Below, one piece after another: positions 1 to 13,640 of a DNA stretch of 64,000 nt. The stretch is from the NCBI RefSeq assembly GCF_009914755.1, contig NC_060937.1; one strand, 5' to 3'. The DNA comes from the human T2T-CHM13v2.0 reference genome, Homo sapiens. Each line of letters opens with the position of its first letter. The stretch's first letter is position 1. The notes under the pieces were generated by a model that was not told the origin of the DNA, searched no databases, and saw nothing but the letters and a program-made list of their open reading frames with translations. Position numbers and translations under genes: made by a program.

Positions 1-1500
1 GTGGAATAAAGAGCTGGTTACATCCTATAATTTCAGAAGCACTGCAAGCTTTATTTGCCACAAATGCCTATCCTCTAGCAGACTTCTTAGAGTTGGAATA
101 GAGCTTTTTAAGAGAATTTCCTTTGGGTTACAACACTATATCCAGAAAATTTTTGTTAAAGTGCAGTTGTCTTACCTGAGTAGGATAACATATACCCTGT
201 CATTCACACATCAGCATGGGTTAGTCCAGTAAAGACCATGCAGGACTAGAATATGGGAATGGTGAATTTTAAGAAAGAAGAACTATAAAATCTGGAGCTG
301 TCTAGAGAAGCAGTAATAGGCTTAAGCAGACAGGAGTTTCCTAAATGGGCCCAGGGTGGACTTGGTCTACTTCCACAATTTGCCTTGGGAGCTCCTCTGT
401 AAGAAGGAGCAGAGATTGAGAAGACCCAGAGAACCTCTCTCTGGAGGCCTCTAAGGACTCTGTGGATGGTGGAGTTCAGTAACATGGACACTGCTCACTA
501 ATCCTAAGGCAGTAGCAGATTATGATGATAGGTTCTGATGTGGCTCTGTCATGTCTTATCAAATGCAAATTGGAGAGTGCCTAGCTTTGGTGGATGTTTC
601 TGTGAAATGGGTCACAGAAAGAATAAAGAACATGACAGAAATACCAAGTATAGCTAGATCAGGTCAAGTACTCACAGAACTAATAACTCACAGAGACTGG
701 AGTTCACATGTGGGGACTCAGAAAACAAAGATAATGATGTAACTCCAATGTCACACATAGAAGTGGGTGGAAAGTCAGGATGTCTGAGGATAGGTTGATA
801 GCAAATAAGAAATGGAAATACAGAGGTTTTTTTTAAGCTTTAAGAAACAGGGTTTGAGGAACAGCAAGCTATGCAGAAAGAGCTCCTTTTGTATTTAAAC
901 TCTGATGTTGAGCTTAAAGACTGGTCTTTTGAATTAATCCAGTTGGACAAAAATAAAGGAAAAAGAATTTAAGGAAATGGACAAAGTCTTCAAGAAATAT
1001 GGGATTATGTAAAGCAACCAAATCTATGAATTATTACTGATATTGCCAAGAGAGAAGGAGAAAAAATAAACAACCTGGAAAACATATTTGAGGGAATAAT
1101 TCAATAAAATTTTCTTAATCTCGATAGAAAGGTAGACATCCAAATATGAAAAATCCAGAGAACACCTGTGAGATATTATACAAAATGAGTATCACCAAGG
1201 CATATGGTCACCAGAATGTCCAATAAAGAAAAAATAGTAAAAGCAGCTACAGAAAAAGGTCATATCTCATACAAAGGGAACCCCATCAGTCTAACAGTAG
1301 TCTTCTCTGCAGAAACCTTACAAGCCAGGAGAGATTGAAAACTTATTTTAAACATTCTTTATGGAAAGAAATTCCATCCAGAATTTTCATACCCTGCCAA
1401 ACTAAGCTTCATAAACAAAGGGGAAATAAAATATTTTGCAGACGAGCAAGCACTAAGGGAATTTGTTACCACTAGACCAGGCTTATAAGAGATCCTTAAT

Positions 1501-1543
1501 GGCTGGTCTGAGTACACTGGTGTTTACAACTAATTGATCACAA
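1501..1543 (+). pseudogene. RNY3: 3'-truncated (tailless) Y3 RNA retropseudogene; symbol given is the parent gene
   Basis: ggctggtctgagtacactggtgtttacaactaattgatcacaa matches the recalled 5' 43 nt of hY3 with about 3 mismatches. Flanked by TSD aagagatccttaa (1487-1499) / aagagacccttaa (1542-1554). Confidence 0.9.
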
Positions 1544-1592
1544 GAGACCCTTAAGAGAGTTCTAAACATAGAAATGAAAGAATGATACCTGC

Positions 1593-4279
1593 TGATATGG
1601 TTTGGCTTTGTGTCCCCACCCAAATATCATCTTGAATTGTAATCCCCACATATCAAGGGAGAGACCTGGTGGGACGTGATCATAAGGGTTATTTCTCCCA
1701 TGCTGTTTCTGTGATAGTGAGCAAGTTCTCACAAGATCTGATGGTTTTATAAGAAGCTCTTCCCTCTTCACTCCCCCCTCTCTCGTCTGCTGCCATGTAA
1801 GTGTGTCTCTTCCCCTTCTAGCATTATTGTAAGTTTCCTGAGGTCTCCCCAGCCATGTGGAACTGTGAGTCAATTAAACCTCTTTTCTTTATAAATTACT
1901 AAGTCTTGGGTAGTATCTTTATAGCAGTGTGAGAATGGACAATATAGTTAATTGCTACTGGTAGAGTAGGTTACTGGTATAAAGATACCTGAAAATGTGG
2001 ATGTGACTTTGAAACTGAGAAATAGGCAGAGTTTGGAACAGTTTGGAGGGCTCAGAAGAAGACAAGAAGATGTGGGAAAGTTTGGAACTTCCTAGAGACT
2101 TGCTGAATGGTTTTGACTAAAATGCTGATAATGATGTGGACAATGATGTTCAGGCTGAAGTGGTCTCAGATGGAGATCAGAAACTTCTTGGGAACTGGAG
2201 CAAAGGTCATTCTTGCTATGCTTTAGCAAAGAGACTGGTGACATTTTGCCCCTGCCCTAGAGATCTGCGGAAATTTGAACTTGAGAGAGATGATTTAAGG
2301 TATCTGGTGGAAGAAATTTCTAAGCAGCAAAGCATTCAAGATGTGACCTGGATTATTCTGAAATCATTCAGTTTTATGCATTCACCAAGAGATGGTTTGA
2401 AATTGGAACTTATGTTTAAAAGAGAAGCAGAGCATGAAAGTTTGAAAAATTTTCAGCCTGATGATGTAATAGAAAAGAAAAAACCCATTTTCTGGGGAAA
2501 ATTCAAGCCAGCTGCAGAAATTTGCATAAGTAATGAGGAGCCAAACGTTAATCACCAAGACAATGCGAAAATGTCTCCAGGGCATGTCAGAGACCTTCAT
2601 CGCGGCCCCTCCCATCACAGGCCTAGAGGCCTAGGAGAAAAAAATGGTTTCATAGGCTGGGTCCAGGGCCCTTCTGCTGTGTGCAGCCTTGGAGCTTGGT
2701 GCCAGCCACCCAGGCATGGCTAAAAGGGGCCAAGGTACAACTCAGGCCATTGCTTCAGAAGGTGCAAGCCCCAAGCCTTGGCAGCTTCCATGTGGTGTTG
2801 GTCCTGTGGGTGCACAGAAAGACAAGAATTAAGGTTTGGGAAACTCTGCCTAGATTTCAGAGGATGTACGGAAGTGCCTGGATGTCCAGGCAAAGGAGTG
2901 CTGCAGGGGTGGAGCCCTAATGGAGAACTTCTGCTACTGCAGTGTGGAAGGGAAATTTGGGGTTGAAGCCCCCACACTAACTTGCTTTTGAGGACTAACT
3001 TGCTTTTGAGTCCTCACTGGGTGGAGCACTATCTAGTGGAGCTGTGAGAAGAGGGCCACCATCCTCCAGATCGCAGAATGGTAGATCCACTGACAGCTTG
3101 CCTTACATGCCTGGAAAAGCTGCAGATGCTCCATGCCAGCCATGAAAGTGGCTAGGATGGGGGGCTGTATCCTACAAAGCTACAGGGGCAGAGCTTCTGA
3201 AGACCATGGGAGCCCACCTCTTGCATCAGCATGATCCAGACGTGAGATATGGAGTTAAAGGAGATAATTTTGGAGCTTTAAGATTTAATGACTTCCCTGT
3301 TTGATTTCAGACTTGCGTGGGGCCTGTAGCCCCTTTGTTTTGGTCAATTTCTCCCATTTGGAATGGGAGCATTTATCCAATGACCGTACCCCCATTGTAT
3401 AATAAAGGAACTAACATGCTTGGGATTTTACAGGCTTCCTTTATCCATCCTTTGGAACAGATTGCTTCACAGTCAAATTCCACAAGATGCATGAAGAAGA
3501 GCTGGTATGAATTCTACCAAAACTTTCCAAAAAATTGAGAAGGAGGGGCTTCTCCTTAACTCATTCAATAAAGCCAGCATCACCCTGATACCAAAACCTG
3601 GCAAAGACGCAATGACAAAAGGAAACTATAGGCCAATATCCCTGATGAACACAGACACAAAAATTCTCAACAAAATATTAGCAAACTGAATCCAGCAGCA
3701 CGTTAAAAAATAAATTCACCATGATCAAGTAGGCTTCATTTCTGGGATGCAGGTTTGGTTAAACATATGCAGAAGGAACTTCCTTGTTTCAGATGAGACT
3801 TTGGACTTGGACTTTTGAATTAATGTTGGAATGCATTAAGACTTTGGGGACTGCTGGGAAGGCATGATTGGTTTTGAAATGTGAGGACATGAGATTTGAG
3901 AGGGGCCAGAGGTGAAATGATATGGTTAGCTTTGTGTCCCCACCCAAATCTCATCTTGAATTGTAATCCTCACATGTCAAGGGAGAGACCTAATGGGAGG
4001 TGATTGAATAATGGGGGTGGTTTCCTTCATGCTGTTCTCATGATAGTGAGTGAGTTCTCACAAGATCTGATGGTTTTACAGGGGGCTCTTCCCCCTTCAC
4101 TCACCCCTCTCTCTCTCCTGCTGCCATATAAGATGTGCATCTTCCCCTTCTGTCATGATTGTAAGTTTCCTGAGGCCACCCCAGCCATACAGAACTGTGA
4201 GTCAATTAAACCTCTTTTCTATATAAATTACCCAGTCTTGGGTAGTATCTTTATAGCAGTGTGAGAATGGACTAATACA
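1593..4279 (+). mobile_element. THE1 (THE1D-like) MaLR provirus: 5' LTR 1593-1946, internal region, 3' LTR 3918-4279
   Basis: Both LTRs run tgatatgg...gagaatggac(t)aata(c/t)a. The internal ORF 2136-2723 is typical MaLR internal sequence. 5-bp TSD cctgc/cttgc. Confidence 0.95.
3449..3771 (+). repeat. L1 ORF2 fragment inside the THE1 internal region; local copy of 5731-6051
   Basis: Collinear with 5731-6051 and shares apparently non-consensus words (cagtcaaattccacaagat, cattcaataaagcc, catttctggg). Confidence 0.8.
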
Positions 4280-7200
4280 CTTGCTTCTACAAAACACACC
4301 TGAGTACATAGCCCACGGACCCTATAAAATAACCACATAGTAGAAACTACAAAAGCAACCAGCTAACAACTTCATGATAGGTTCAATATCTCATATATCA
4401 ATATGAACCTTGAATGTAAATGGTCTAAACACCCCACTTAAAAGGAACAGAGTGGCAAGTTGGATAAGAAAAACAAGAACTATCTTTCTGCTGTTTTCAA
4501 GAGACCCACCTCATATGCAACTACACCCATAGGCTCAGCAATAAGGGCTGAGGAAAGATCTATCATGCAGACAGAAAACAAAAAGAGATAAAGATAAAAT
4601 AGACTTTAAACCAGTAATAGTAAAAAAGAATAGAGAACAGCATTACATAGTGATAAAGAGTTCAATTCAACAAGAAGACTTAACTATCCTAAATATATAT
4701 GCATCCAATATTAAAGCACACAGTTTCCAAAAACAAATACTTCTGACCCACAAAAAGACTTGAACAGCCACACAATAATATTCAGGGGCTGCAACACCCC
4801 ACTGACAGCATTAGACAGATCATTCAGGCATAAAAGTAACAAAGAAATTTGGGACTTAAACTTGACATGTGACCAACTGGACATAATAGACATCTACAGA
4901 ATTCTCCACCCATCAACCACAGAATATAAATTCTTCTCATCTGCACATGGAACGTGCTCCAAGATTGACTATAAAAATGTCTGAATAATTTTTTAAAAAA
5001 TCTAAATTATACCAAGCACACCCTTGGACCACAGTGGAATAAAAATAGAAATATATATTCAGATCTTTCAAAATCACACAATTACATGGAAATTAAACAA
5101 CCTGCTCCTGAATGACTTTTGAATAAACAAGAAAATTAGGGCAGAAATCAAAAAATTATTTCAAATAAACAAAAACAGTGACACAACATACCAAAACCTC
5201 TGGGATGCAGCAAAAGCAGTGTTAAGAGGAAGGTTTACAGTGATAAGTGCTTACCTTAAAAAGTTAGAAAGATCTCAGAGCAATAATCTAACATCACACC
5301 TAGAGGAACTAGGGAAACAAGAGCAAGCCAACTCCAAAGCTAGTAGAAGAAAAGAAGTAACAAAAATCAGAGCAGAACAGAATGAAACCAAGACCCAAAA
5401 ATCCATATAAAGAGTCAATGAAAACAAAAGTTAGATTTTAAAAGGATAAACAAAATTGATAGACCACTAGATAGATTAACAAAGAGAGACAATCCAAATA
5501 AGCACAAACAAGAAAGGTGACATCGCAACCAATCACACAGAAATACAAATGATCCACAGTGACTATTATGAGTACCTCCATGCACAAAAACTAGAAAATC
5601 TAGAGGAAATAGATAAGTTCTTGGAAACATATAACCTCCCAATATTGAATCAGGAAGAAACTGAAACACTGAACACACCAATGTTGAGTTCTGAAATTGA
5701 ATCAGTAAAAAAATCTTACCAACCAAAAAACCCCTGGAACAGATGGATTCACAGTCAAATTCCACAAGATGTATAAAGAAGAGCTGGTACCAATTCTACT
5801 GAAACGTTCCAAACAATCGAGAAGGATGGACTTTTCTCTAACTCATTCAATAAAGCCAGCATCACCCTGATAGCAAAACCTGGCAAAGACACAATGAAAA
5901 AGGAAACTACAGGCCAACACCCCTGATGAACATAGACACAAAAATTCTCAGCAAAATATTAGCAAACTGAATCCAGCAGCACATAAAAAAAGAATTTGCC
6001 ATGATTAAGTAGGCTTCATTTCTGGGATGCAAAATTGGTTAAACATACACAAGTCAATAAATGTGATTCATCACACAAACAGAACTAAAAGCCAAAACCA
6101 CATCATCATCTCAATAGATGCAGAAAAGGCTTCTGGTAGAATCCAACATCCCTTCAAGATAAAAACCATTAACAAACTGAGAATTGATGGAACATACCCA
6201 AAATAATCAGCCATCTATAATAAACCCGCAGCCAACATTATACTGAATGGACAAAAGCTGGAAGTGTTCCCCCTGAGAGCTGGAAAAAGACAAGCATGGC
6301 CACTCTCACCACTCCCATTCAATACAGCCCTGGAAGTTCTAGCCAGAGCAACCAGGCAAAAGAAAGACTAAAAATAATTCAAATAGGAAAAAAGTCATCA
6401 AACTATCTGTCTTTACTGATGATATGACTCTATACCTACAGCACCTTGAAGACTCTGCTGAAAGTTTCTTGGAACTGTAAACAACTTCAGTAAAGATTCA
6501 GAATACAAAATCAGTGTACAAAAATCAGTAGCATTTCTGTACATGAATAACACTCAAGCTAAGAGCCAAATCAAGAATGGAATCCTATTTACAATAGCCA
6601 TACACAAAAATAAAATACCTAAAGATACATCTAACTGAGGAGGTGAAAGATTTTTGCAAGGGGAACTATAAAACACTGCAGAAAGAAATCATAAATGACA
6701 CAAACAAATCACAAAACCTTCCATGCTCATGGATTGGAAGAACCAATATTGTTAAAATGACCATCCTGCCCAAAGCAATCTACATATTCAACACTATTCC
6801 TATTGAACTACCAATGTCATTTTTCATAGATGAGAAAAAACTGTTTTAAAATTCATGTGGAATCAAAAAGAAGCCTGAATAGCCAAAGCAATACTGAGCA
6901 AAAGACAAAGCTGAAAACATTACATTACCCACATCAAACTATAAGACTACCATAACCAAAATAGCACAGTATTGGTACAAAAACAGACACATAGACCAAT
7001 GGAACAGAATAGAGAATCTGGAAATAAAGCCACAAACCTACAACCATCTGATCTTGACAGGGCTGACAAAAGCAAGCAATGGGGAAAGGACTACCTGTTT
7101 GATAAGTGGTGCTGGGATAACTGGCTAGCCATAGGCAGAAGAATGAAACTAGACCCCTACCTTTCATCAGGTACAAAAATTAATTCAAGATGGATTGAAG

Positions 7201-7526
7201 ATTTAAATGTAAGACCTCAAACAATAAGAATCCTAGAAGAAAACTTAAGAAACACCATTCTGGACATTGGCTTTGGAAAAGAATTTATGGCAACATCCTC
7301 AAAAACAATTGCAACGAAAACAAAAATTGACAAGTGGGATCTATTTAAACTAGAGAGCTTCTACAAGACAAAAGAAATTATCAACAGAGTAAACAGGCAA
7401 CCTACAGAATGAGAGAAAATATTTGTAAACTATGCACCGACAGAGGTCTAATATCCAGAACCAACAAGGAACTTAAACAATTCAAGAATCAAAAAACAAA
7501 TAATCTCTTTAAATAATGGACAAAAG

Positions 7527-9510
7527 GGTTGCTCTTCTCGAGGAATATGTTTGTGGTTTCTCCATATTTCCTGAATTTGAATGTTGGCCTGTCTTGCTAG
7601 TTTGGAGAAGTTCTCCTGGATAATAGCCTGAAGAGTGTTTTTCAACTTGGTTCCACTCTCCCCGTCACTTTCAGGTACACCAGTCAAACATAGGTTTGGT
7701 CTTTCCACACAGTCCCATATTTCTTGGAGGCTTTGTTCATTCCTTTTCATTCTTTTTTCTCTAATCTTGTCTTCACGCTTTATTTCAATATGTTGATCTT
7801 CAATCTCTGATATCCTTTCTTCTGCTTGATCGATTCGGCTATTGATACTTGTGTATGCTTCACGAAGTTCTCGTGCTGTGTTTTTCAGTTCCGTCAGGTC
7901 ATTTATGTTCTTCTCTAAACTGGTTATTCTAGTTAGCAATTCCTCTAACCTTTTTTCAAGGTTCTTAGCTTCCTTGCATTGGATTAGAACATGCTCCTTT
8001 AGCTCGGAGAAGTTTGTTATTACCCACCTTCTGAAGCCTACTTCTGTCAATTCGTCAAACTAATTCTCCATCCAGTTTTGTTCCCTTGCTGGCGAGGAAT
8101 TGTGATCCTTTGGAGGATAAGAGGTGTTCTGGGTTTAGGAATTTTCAGCCTTTTGCACTGGTTTTTCCCCATCTTCATGGATTTATCTACTTTTGGTCTT
8201 TGAGGTTGGTGACCTTCAGATGGAGTTTTTGTGTGGATGTCCTTTTTGTTAATGTTGATGGTATTCCTTTCTGTTTGTTAGTTTTCCTTCTAACAGTCAA
8301 ATCTGTCTGCTGCAGGTCTGCTGGAGTTTGCTGGAGGTCCATTCCAGACCCTTTGTGACTGGGTATCACAGGCAAAGGCTGCAGAACAGCAAAGATTTTT
8401 GCCTATTCCTTCCTCTGGAAGCTTGGTCCCAGAGAGGCACCCACCAGATGCCAGCCAGAGCTCTCCTGTATGGGGTGTCTGTTGACCCCTGCTGGGAGGT
8501 GTCTCCCAGTCAGGAGGCACGGGGGTCAGGGACCCACTTGAGGAGGCAGTCTGTCTCTTAGCAGAGCTCAAACGCTGTGCTGGGAGATCTGCTTTTCTCT
8601 TCAGAGCCGGCAGGCAGGAACATGTCAGTCTGCTGAAGCTGCGCCTACAGCCGCCCCTTCCCCCAGGTACTCTGTCCCAGGGAAATGGGAGTTTTATCTA
8701 TAAGCCCCTGACTGGGCCTGCTGGCTTTCTTTCAGATGCACCTTGCCCATAGAGGAGGAATCTAGAGAGGCAGTCTGGCTACAGTGGCTTTGTGGCACTG
8801 CAGTGGGCTCTGCCCAGTCTGAACTTCCAGGTGGTTTTATTTACACTGTGAGGGGAAAACCGCCTACTCAAGCCTCAGTAATGTCGGACGCCCCTCCCCC
8901 CACCAAGCTCCAGCATCCCAGGTTGACTTCAGATTGCTGTGCTAGCAGTGAGAATTTCAAGCCAGTGGATCTTAGCTTGCTGGGCTCTGTGGGGGTGGGA
9001 TCCACGGAGCTAGACCACTTGGCTCCCTGACATCAGCCCCCTATCCAGGGGAGTCAAGGGTTCTGTCTTGCTGGCATTCCAGGCACCACTGGGGGTATGA
9101 AAAAAAACTGCAGCTCGCTTGGTGTCTGCCCAAACATGACCGCCCAGTTTTGAGCTTGAAACCCAGGGCCCTGCTAGTGTAGGTGCCTGAGGGAATCTCC
9201 TGGTCTGCGGGTTGCGAAGACCATGCGAAAAGCATAGTATCTGGGCCAGAGTGCACTGTTCCTCATGGCACAGTACCTTATGGCTTCCCTTCGAACTCCC
9301 TCTCTGACCGCCTGTGCTTCCTGGGTGAGGTGATGCCCCACCCTGGTCCTGCTCGCCCTCCGTGGGGTGCACCCACTGTCTAACCTGTCCCAATGAGATG
9401 AGCCCGGTACCTCAGTTGGAAATGCAGCAATCACCTGCCTTCCATGTTAATCTCACTTTGAGCTGTAGACTGGAGCTGTTCCTATTTGGCCATCTTGTCA
9501 GCCACTGCCC
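7527..9510 (-). mobile_element. L1PA7-like 5' UTR plus N-terminal ORF1, inverted and 3'-truncated
   Basis: ORF 7448-8050(-) is the ORF1p coiled coil (TEVGFRRWVITNFSELKEHV...). The L1 5' terminus with caagatggcc lies at about 9488-9510. Confidence 0.92.
9488..9497 (-). promoter_or_regulatory. YY1 motif at the 5' end of the L1 internal promoter
   Basis: caagatggcc on the minus strand at the canonical position near the L1 5' end. Activity unknown. Confidence 0.6.
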
Positions 9511-9805
9511 ATTACAGTATTTTTAATTCCAAAGGTGTAAACAATGTAAATAGCCCAAAATAGAGTTGTGATAAATATAACTACTCTGTGGCATCGTTAA
9601 AAATCATGTAAGGACATGGGTCAGTGCTCACAATATACTAAGAGGGAAACTGTAAGGTTAAAAACAATATATAAATTATGATCCCACTTACTTTTAAGCA
9701 CTTATACATTAATTTATTTAAAAAAAATTCCAAAATGTTAAATATGTTATAATTTCTGGATGATTCCAGTCCAAGTAATTTTTATCTGCTTTATATTATT
9801 CTGCA

Positions 9806-10102
9806 TTTTTTTTTTTCTTGAGACAGAGTACCACTCTTTTTGCCCAGGCTAGAGTGCAGTGGTAGGATCTCAGCTCACTACACCCTCCACCTCCTGGATT
9901 CAAGGGATTCTCCTGCCTCGGCCTCCTGAGTAGCTGGGATTATAGGCACTGGCCACTACACCCAGCTAATTTTTGTGTTTTTAGTAGAGATGGGGTTTTG
10001 CCATGTTGGTCAGGCTGGTCTCGAACTCCTGAACTCAAGTGATCGGCCTGCCTCAGCCTCCCAAACTGCAGGGATTACAGGCGTGAGCCACTGTGCCTGG
10101 CC
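9806..10102 (-). mobile_element. AluS
   Basis: Full dimer with poly(T) at left; TSD-like tatt(a/t)ttctg(c/t)atttt. Confidence 0.95.
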
Positions 10103-11539
10103 TATTTTTCTGTATTTTACAAAATGTTTACAATCACTATATATTACTTTTAGAATTAGGAAAAAGAGGATCCTTTTTTTTTAATTTTCAAGTTCAAACA
10201 GCCAAACACCACTAAAGAGCTAGTTGTGTTCTGTAACGCTGCAACAGGCTAATGGGTTACAGTGGTCAAGTCAGCCTTCTGTGGGGCTAGGTTTTCCTGT
10301 TCATCATGAAGAGAAGTGAAATGTCTCTGCCTCCCTCATAGCTAACGTAAGAGAGCTTCTACTGAGGCTCCTAGTCTTCCAAGTCATTTGGCTTCTCTAA
10401 CTCCCCTGGATAAGGGACAATTTTCCCCTCCCAAAGCCTTTGCTCTCCATCTTCTTCCTGGACCAGGCAGACAGAAAGAAAACACACATGCCTGCTGCCC
10501 ATTCACCTCTGAGGTCTTCTTAATGCGGGAGGGCACCACCACCCAGCCACCTTCACTGCAAGGTAACAGACCAACGTGTTCCAGGCAAGAACCCAAGGTC
10601 TAGAGAGATTACGTGGTCAAAGTTCTCCTGCTTCTCCAATGCTGCACACTCGCGCTTTCGTTTGCTTAAGGAAACCAGGGAACATTTGAGTGAGAAAATG
10701 GCATACTGAGAATTTTCTACAATAGTGAATTCAGGTTTCCTACCTACATTCTTTCCAAGGTAGTTAGTGGCTAAGTCAATGTTCCAGAACTTGAATTCTA
10801 ACACACTAGATGTATTCACCCTTGTCAGCAAATTCTCACTGGGTACTATTGTGCCCTGCACTGGGCAAAGTCGTACGTATAAAGAAGTGACTGCGGTTTT
10901 CCTGCCCTTAGGAATTAGAATAAAGGGAAAGTCACATAACACTATGGAAGCATGAGCTTATTGTTGGTAGAATAATATATCTTTGGAATTTCCAGCTTTT
11001 TATTTTAAGTCTTCCTGTGCTATAAGTAAAAAAGAATGGCCAGAATAACCTTAGTTTTATTGTACAAAATTAACATTTAAAAACATTTGTGTATTCTCCC
11101 CCCAAATCTCAGTGTTTCAAGAGACTGGAATTTAATTAATGTAGCTATTTAGAGATACAAATCAGCCATTACTGTTCTTTTTTTATAAGGATATTGAGTT
11201 TAATTATATCATTGTCTTCACTAGCCTCTAATGCTAGGTAGAGAACATAAGATTGATCCATTTTCCCCAAAGCTTTTGTGTAGTAAGTTTTTATGTAAGT
11301 GGAAAACTTAATGCTAACAGAAACAAATTCAACCACACTTTTAAAATTACAGGATAATTGCTAATTCTGTGGTCATTCATTCCCAGGCCATACTCCAACA
11401 CAGGAAACTATGAGAAATGTAACCACTGGTAAAATTAAACCTGCAATTATAGCACCAATTTCTAGGATATGTTGATTTTTCTCTATTTTGCAACATGTGC
11501 ACAAATATATAAAATTTTCTGATTTATTTATCATGTTGA

Positions 11540-11884
<345 letters not shown>

Positions 11885-12859
11885 TAAGACAGGTTTTTAT
11901 TCTGCTTATAGTCTTCTTTATTAGTTAAATTTTTAAATTGTCATCGAATGTCAAGGGCAATAATATACTCGGTGAATTAGCATAAGCTACCTTTGAAAAT
12001 ATGAATCAGAAAAAAAAGAAACAAGCATGTAGCAAACCCATGCTTTATCCTAATCCACCATCCTTTTGGATAATGATTATCTTTGTCACCTAGCAGTTGG
12101 ATCAGTCTCTCTATTTGCAATAAAGTCTCAATGCACCCCATATCTTTACTAATATCCACCATCGGCTTCCAGAACTTTTTCTAGGTACCCTCTATTTCTC
12201 TCATCCACTACCCTCAGCTTTTCCTAGTTCTTGGAACTGTGCATCCAATGCTTCACTGTACCCTAACCTAGAATTATTCACACAACTCCCACATTTTCCT
12301 CATTGGTTGAAGCTTTCTCTAACCAGAATCCTTCTTCTAATAATAATTAGATGCATAATTAGTTTTTGATCTTTTTCCTTTCCCATGGCCTTAGTAAACT
12401 GTTAGTTTGTTATATTTCATCCAATTCTACATTGTGTTGTATGCCTCTCTGGATCAGTGTTTTTGGCCCTAGAGCATCAGTTCGATTAGAAGGGGCCCTG
12501 GCTAATTCCAACGACACAACAGCACATCTGGTATGACACAGCCCCACCCACATATTGGGAGTGGGGACGATGGCAATTCTAGAAATAGTAAATATTGAGC
12601 ATTCAGTGTTTTGCATGTACTATCTGGATTCAAACCCAGACAGTCTGAATGTAGAGCCAGCACTTTTCACACTGCACTATGCTGTTGTGATGAAGAGGAA
12701 AGAAAGTAAGATGCAGAAGAGGAGGAGGCAACAGAAGAGGAGGAGGAGGCAGGAGGTGGAATTCCAGTGGTTAAATCTCTGGATCCAGAGAAGTACTGTA
12801 ATAGATTCCTCACTGTGGCACTTCCTACTATATGACTGCATATATGGCCCAAGGGCCAC

Positions 12860-13240
12860 ATGTATTGAACAAATACAAACTCTCATGTACCAGGTTGTGT
12901 GCTATGTGCTACACACTGCCTATTGAGCAAATACCCTGCTCTTCCACGGCTGGCAGCTTAGTAATCCAGAAAGATAAGGGGGCATAGAAAAACATGGAGA
13001 CAGTGCGGTCTTCTCAGAGGAAGTAATGTCTGATGGGTGGCAGGATGGATTAGTATTAATCAGATGGGTTAAGGATGGGCTAGTGTGCATCAGAAAGGGG
13101 TAGAGAAGGGCATTCCAAACAAAGGAACTAGCCTGTGCAAAGGCCCCCACCTCATATGAAAGTGAGGTTTATTAAGGCAGTGCAAAGAAAGCACTGAACA
13201 TAGTTCCTGGCACATGGTAATAGTTGATAATGTTTACAAT
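12860..13240. mobile_element. Degenerate L2/MIR fragments
   Basis: L2-like gaagggcattccaaacaaaggaactagcctgtgcaaaggccc and MIR-like 3' end cctggcacatggtaa. Confidence 0.55.
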
Positions 13241-13321
13241 GATGACAATAATAACGATGATTGTGGTGGTGACCAACTTTGTGATAGAGGAACATATCCT
13301 TCTTAAATTATTGCCATTATG

Positions 13322-13640
13322 GTTTTTGATTTCTTTTGTTTTATTTTGTTTTTTAGTGACAAGGTCTTGCACTGTTGCCCAGGCTCGAGTACAATGAAGT
13401 AATCAAAGCTCACTGCAGCCTCGACCTCCTGGGCTCAAGCGATTCTCCCACGTAGGCCTCCCAGGCAGCTAGTATTATAGGCCTCAGCCACAATGCCTGG
13501 CTAATAATTTTTTTAAAAAAATTTGGTAGAGATGGAGTCTTGCTTTGTTGTCCAGGTTGGTCTCAAACACCTAGGCTCAAGTGATGCTTCTGCTTTGGCC
13601 TCTCAAAGTTCTGAGATTACAGGCATGAGACACCATGCCC
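13322..13640 (-). mobile_element. AluJ
   Basis: Diverged Alu dimer with J-type ctcctgggctcaagcgat. Confidence 0.9.

Larger units (their letters stand above)
909..7526 (+). mobile_element. Old L1 (L1PA15/16-L1PB-like), ORF1 3' part plus ORF2, interrupted by a Y3 fragment and a THE1 provirus; 5' part of an element that resumes at 20596
   Basis: Fragmentary ORF2 translations ([37 protein letters not shown]). The L1 sequence stops at ...aataatggacaaaag. Confidence 0.9.

Noticed and set aside
1-900. Possible ancient LTR/ERV internal sequence
   Set aside because: I could not match it to any family from sequence alone.
2136-2723. 195-aa ORF
   Set aside because: It is THE1 internal sequence present in many copies; nothing suggests domestication.
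10553-10942. 129-aa minus-strand ORF in unique sequence
   Set aside because: Non-ATG start, no recognisable domain and no supporting neighbouring exons.
12555-12926. ORF with a basic KRRRQQKRRRRQ tract
   Set aside because: Produced by a GA-rich low-complexity stretch.
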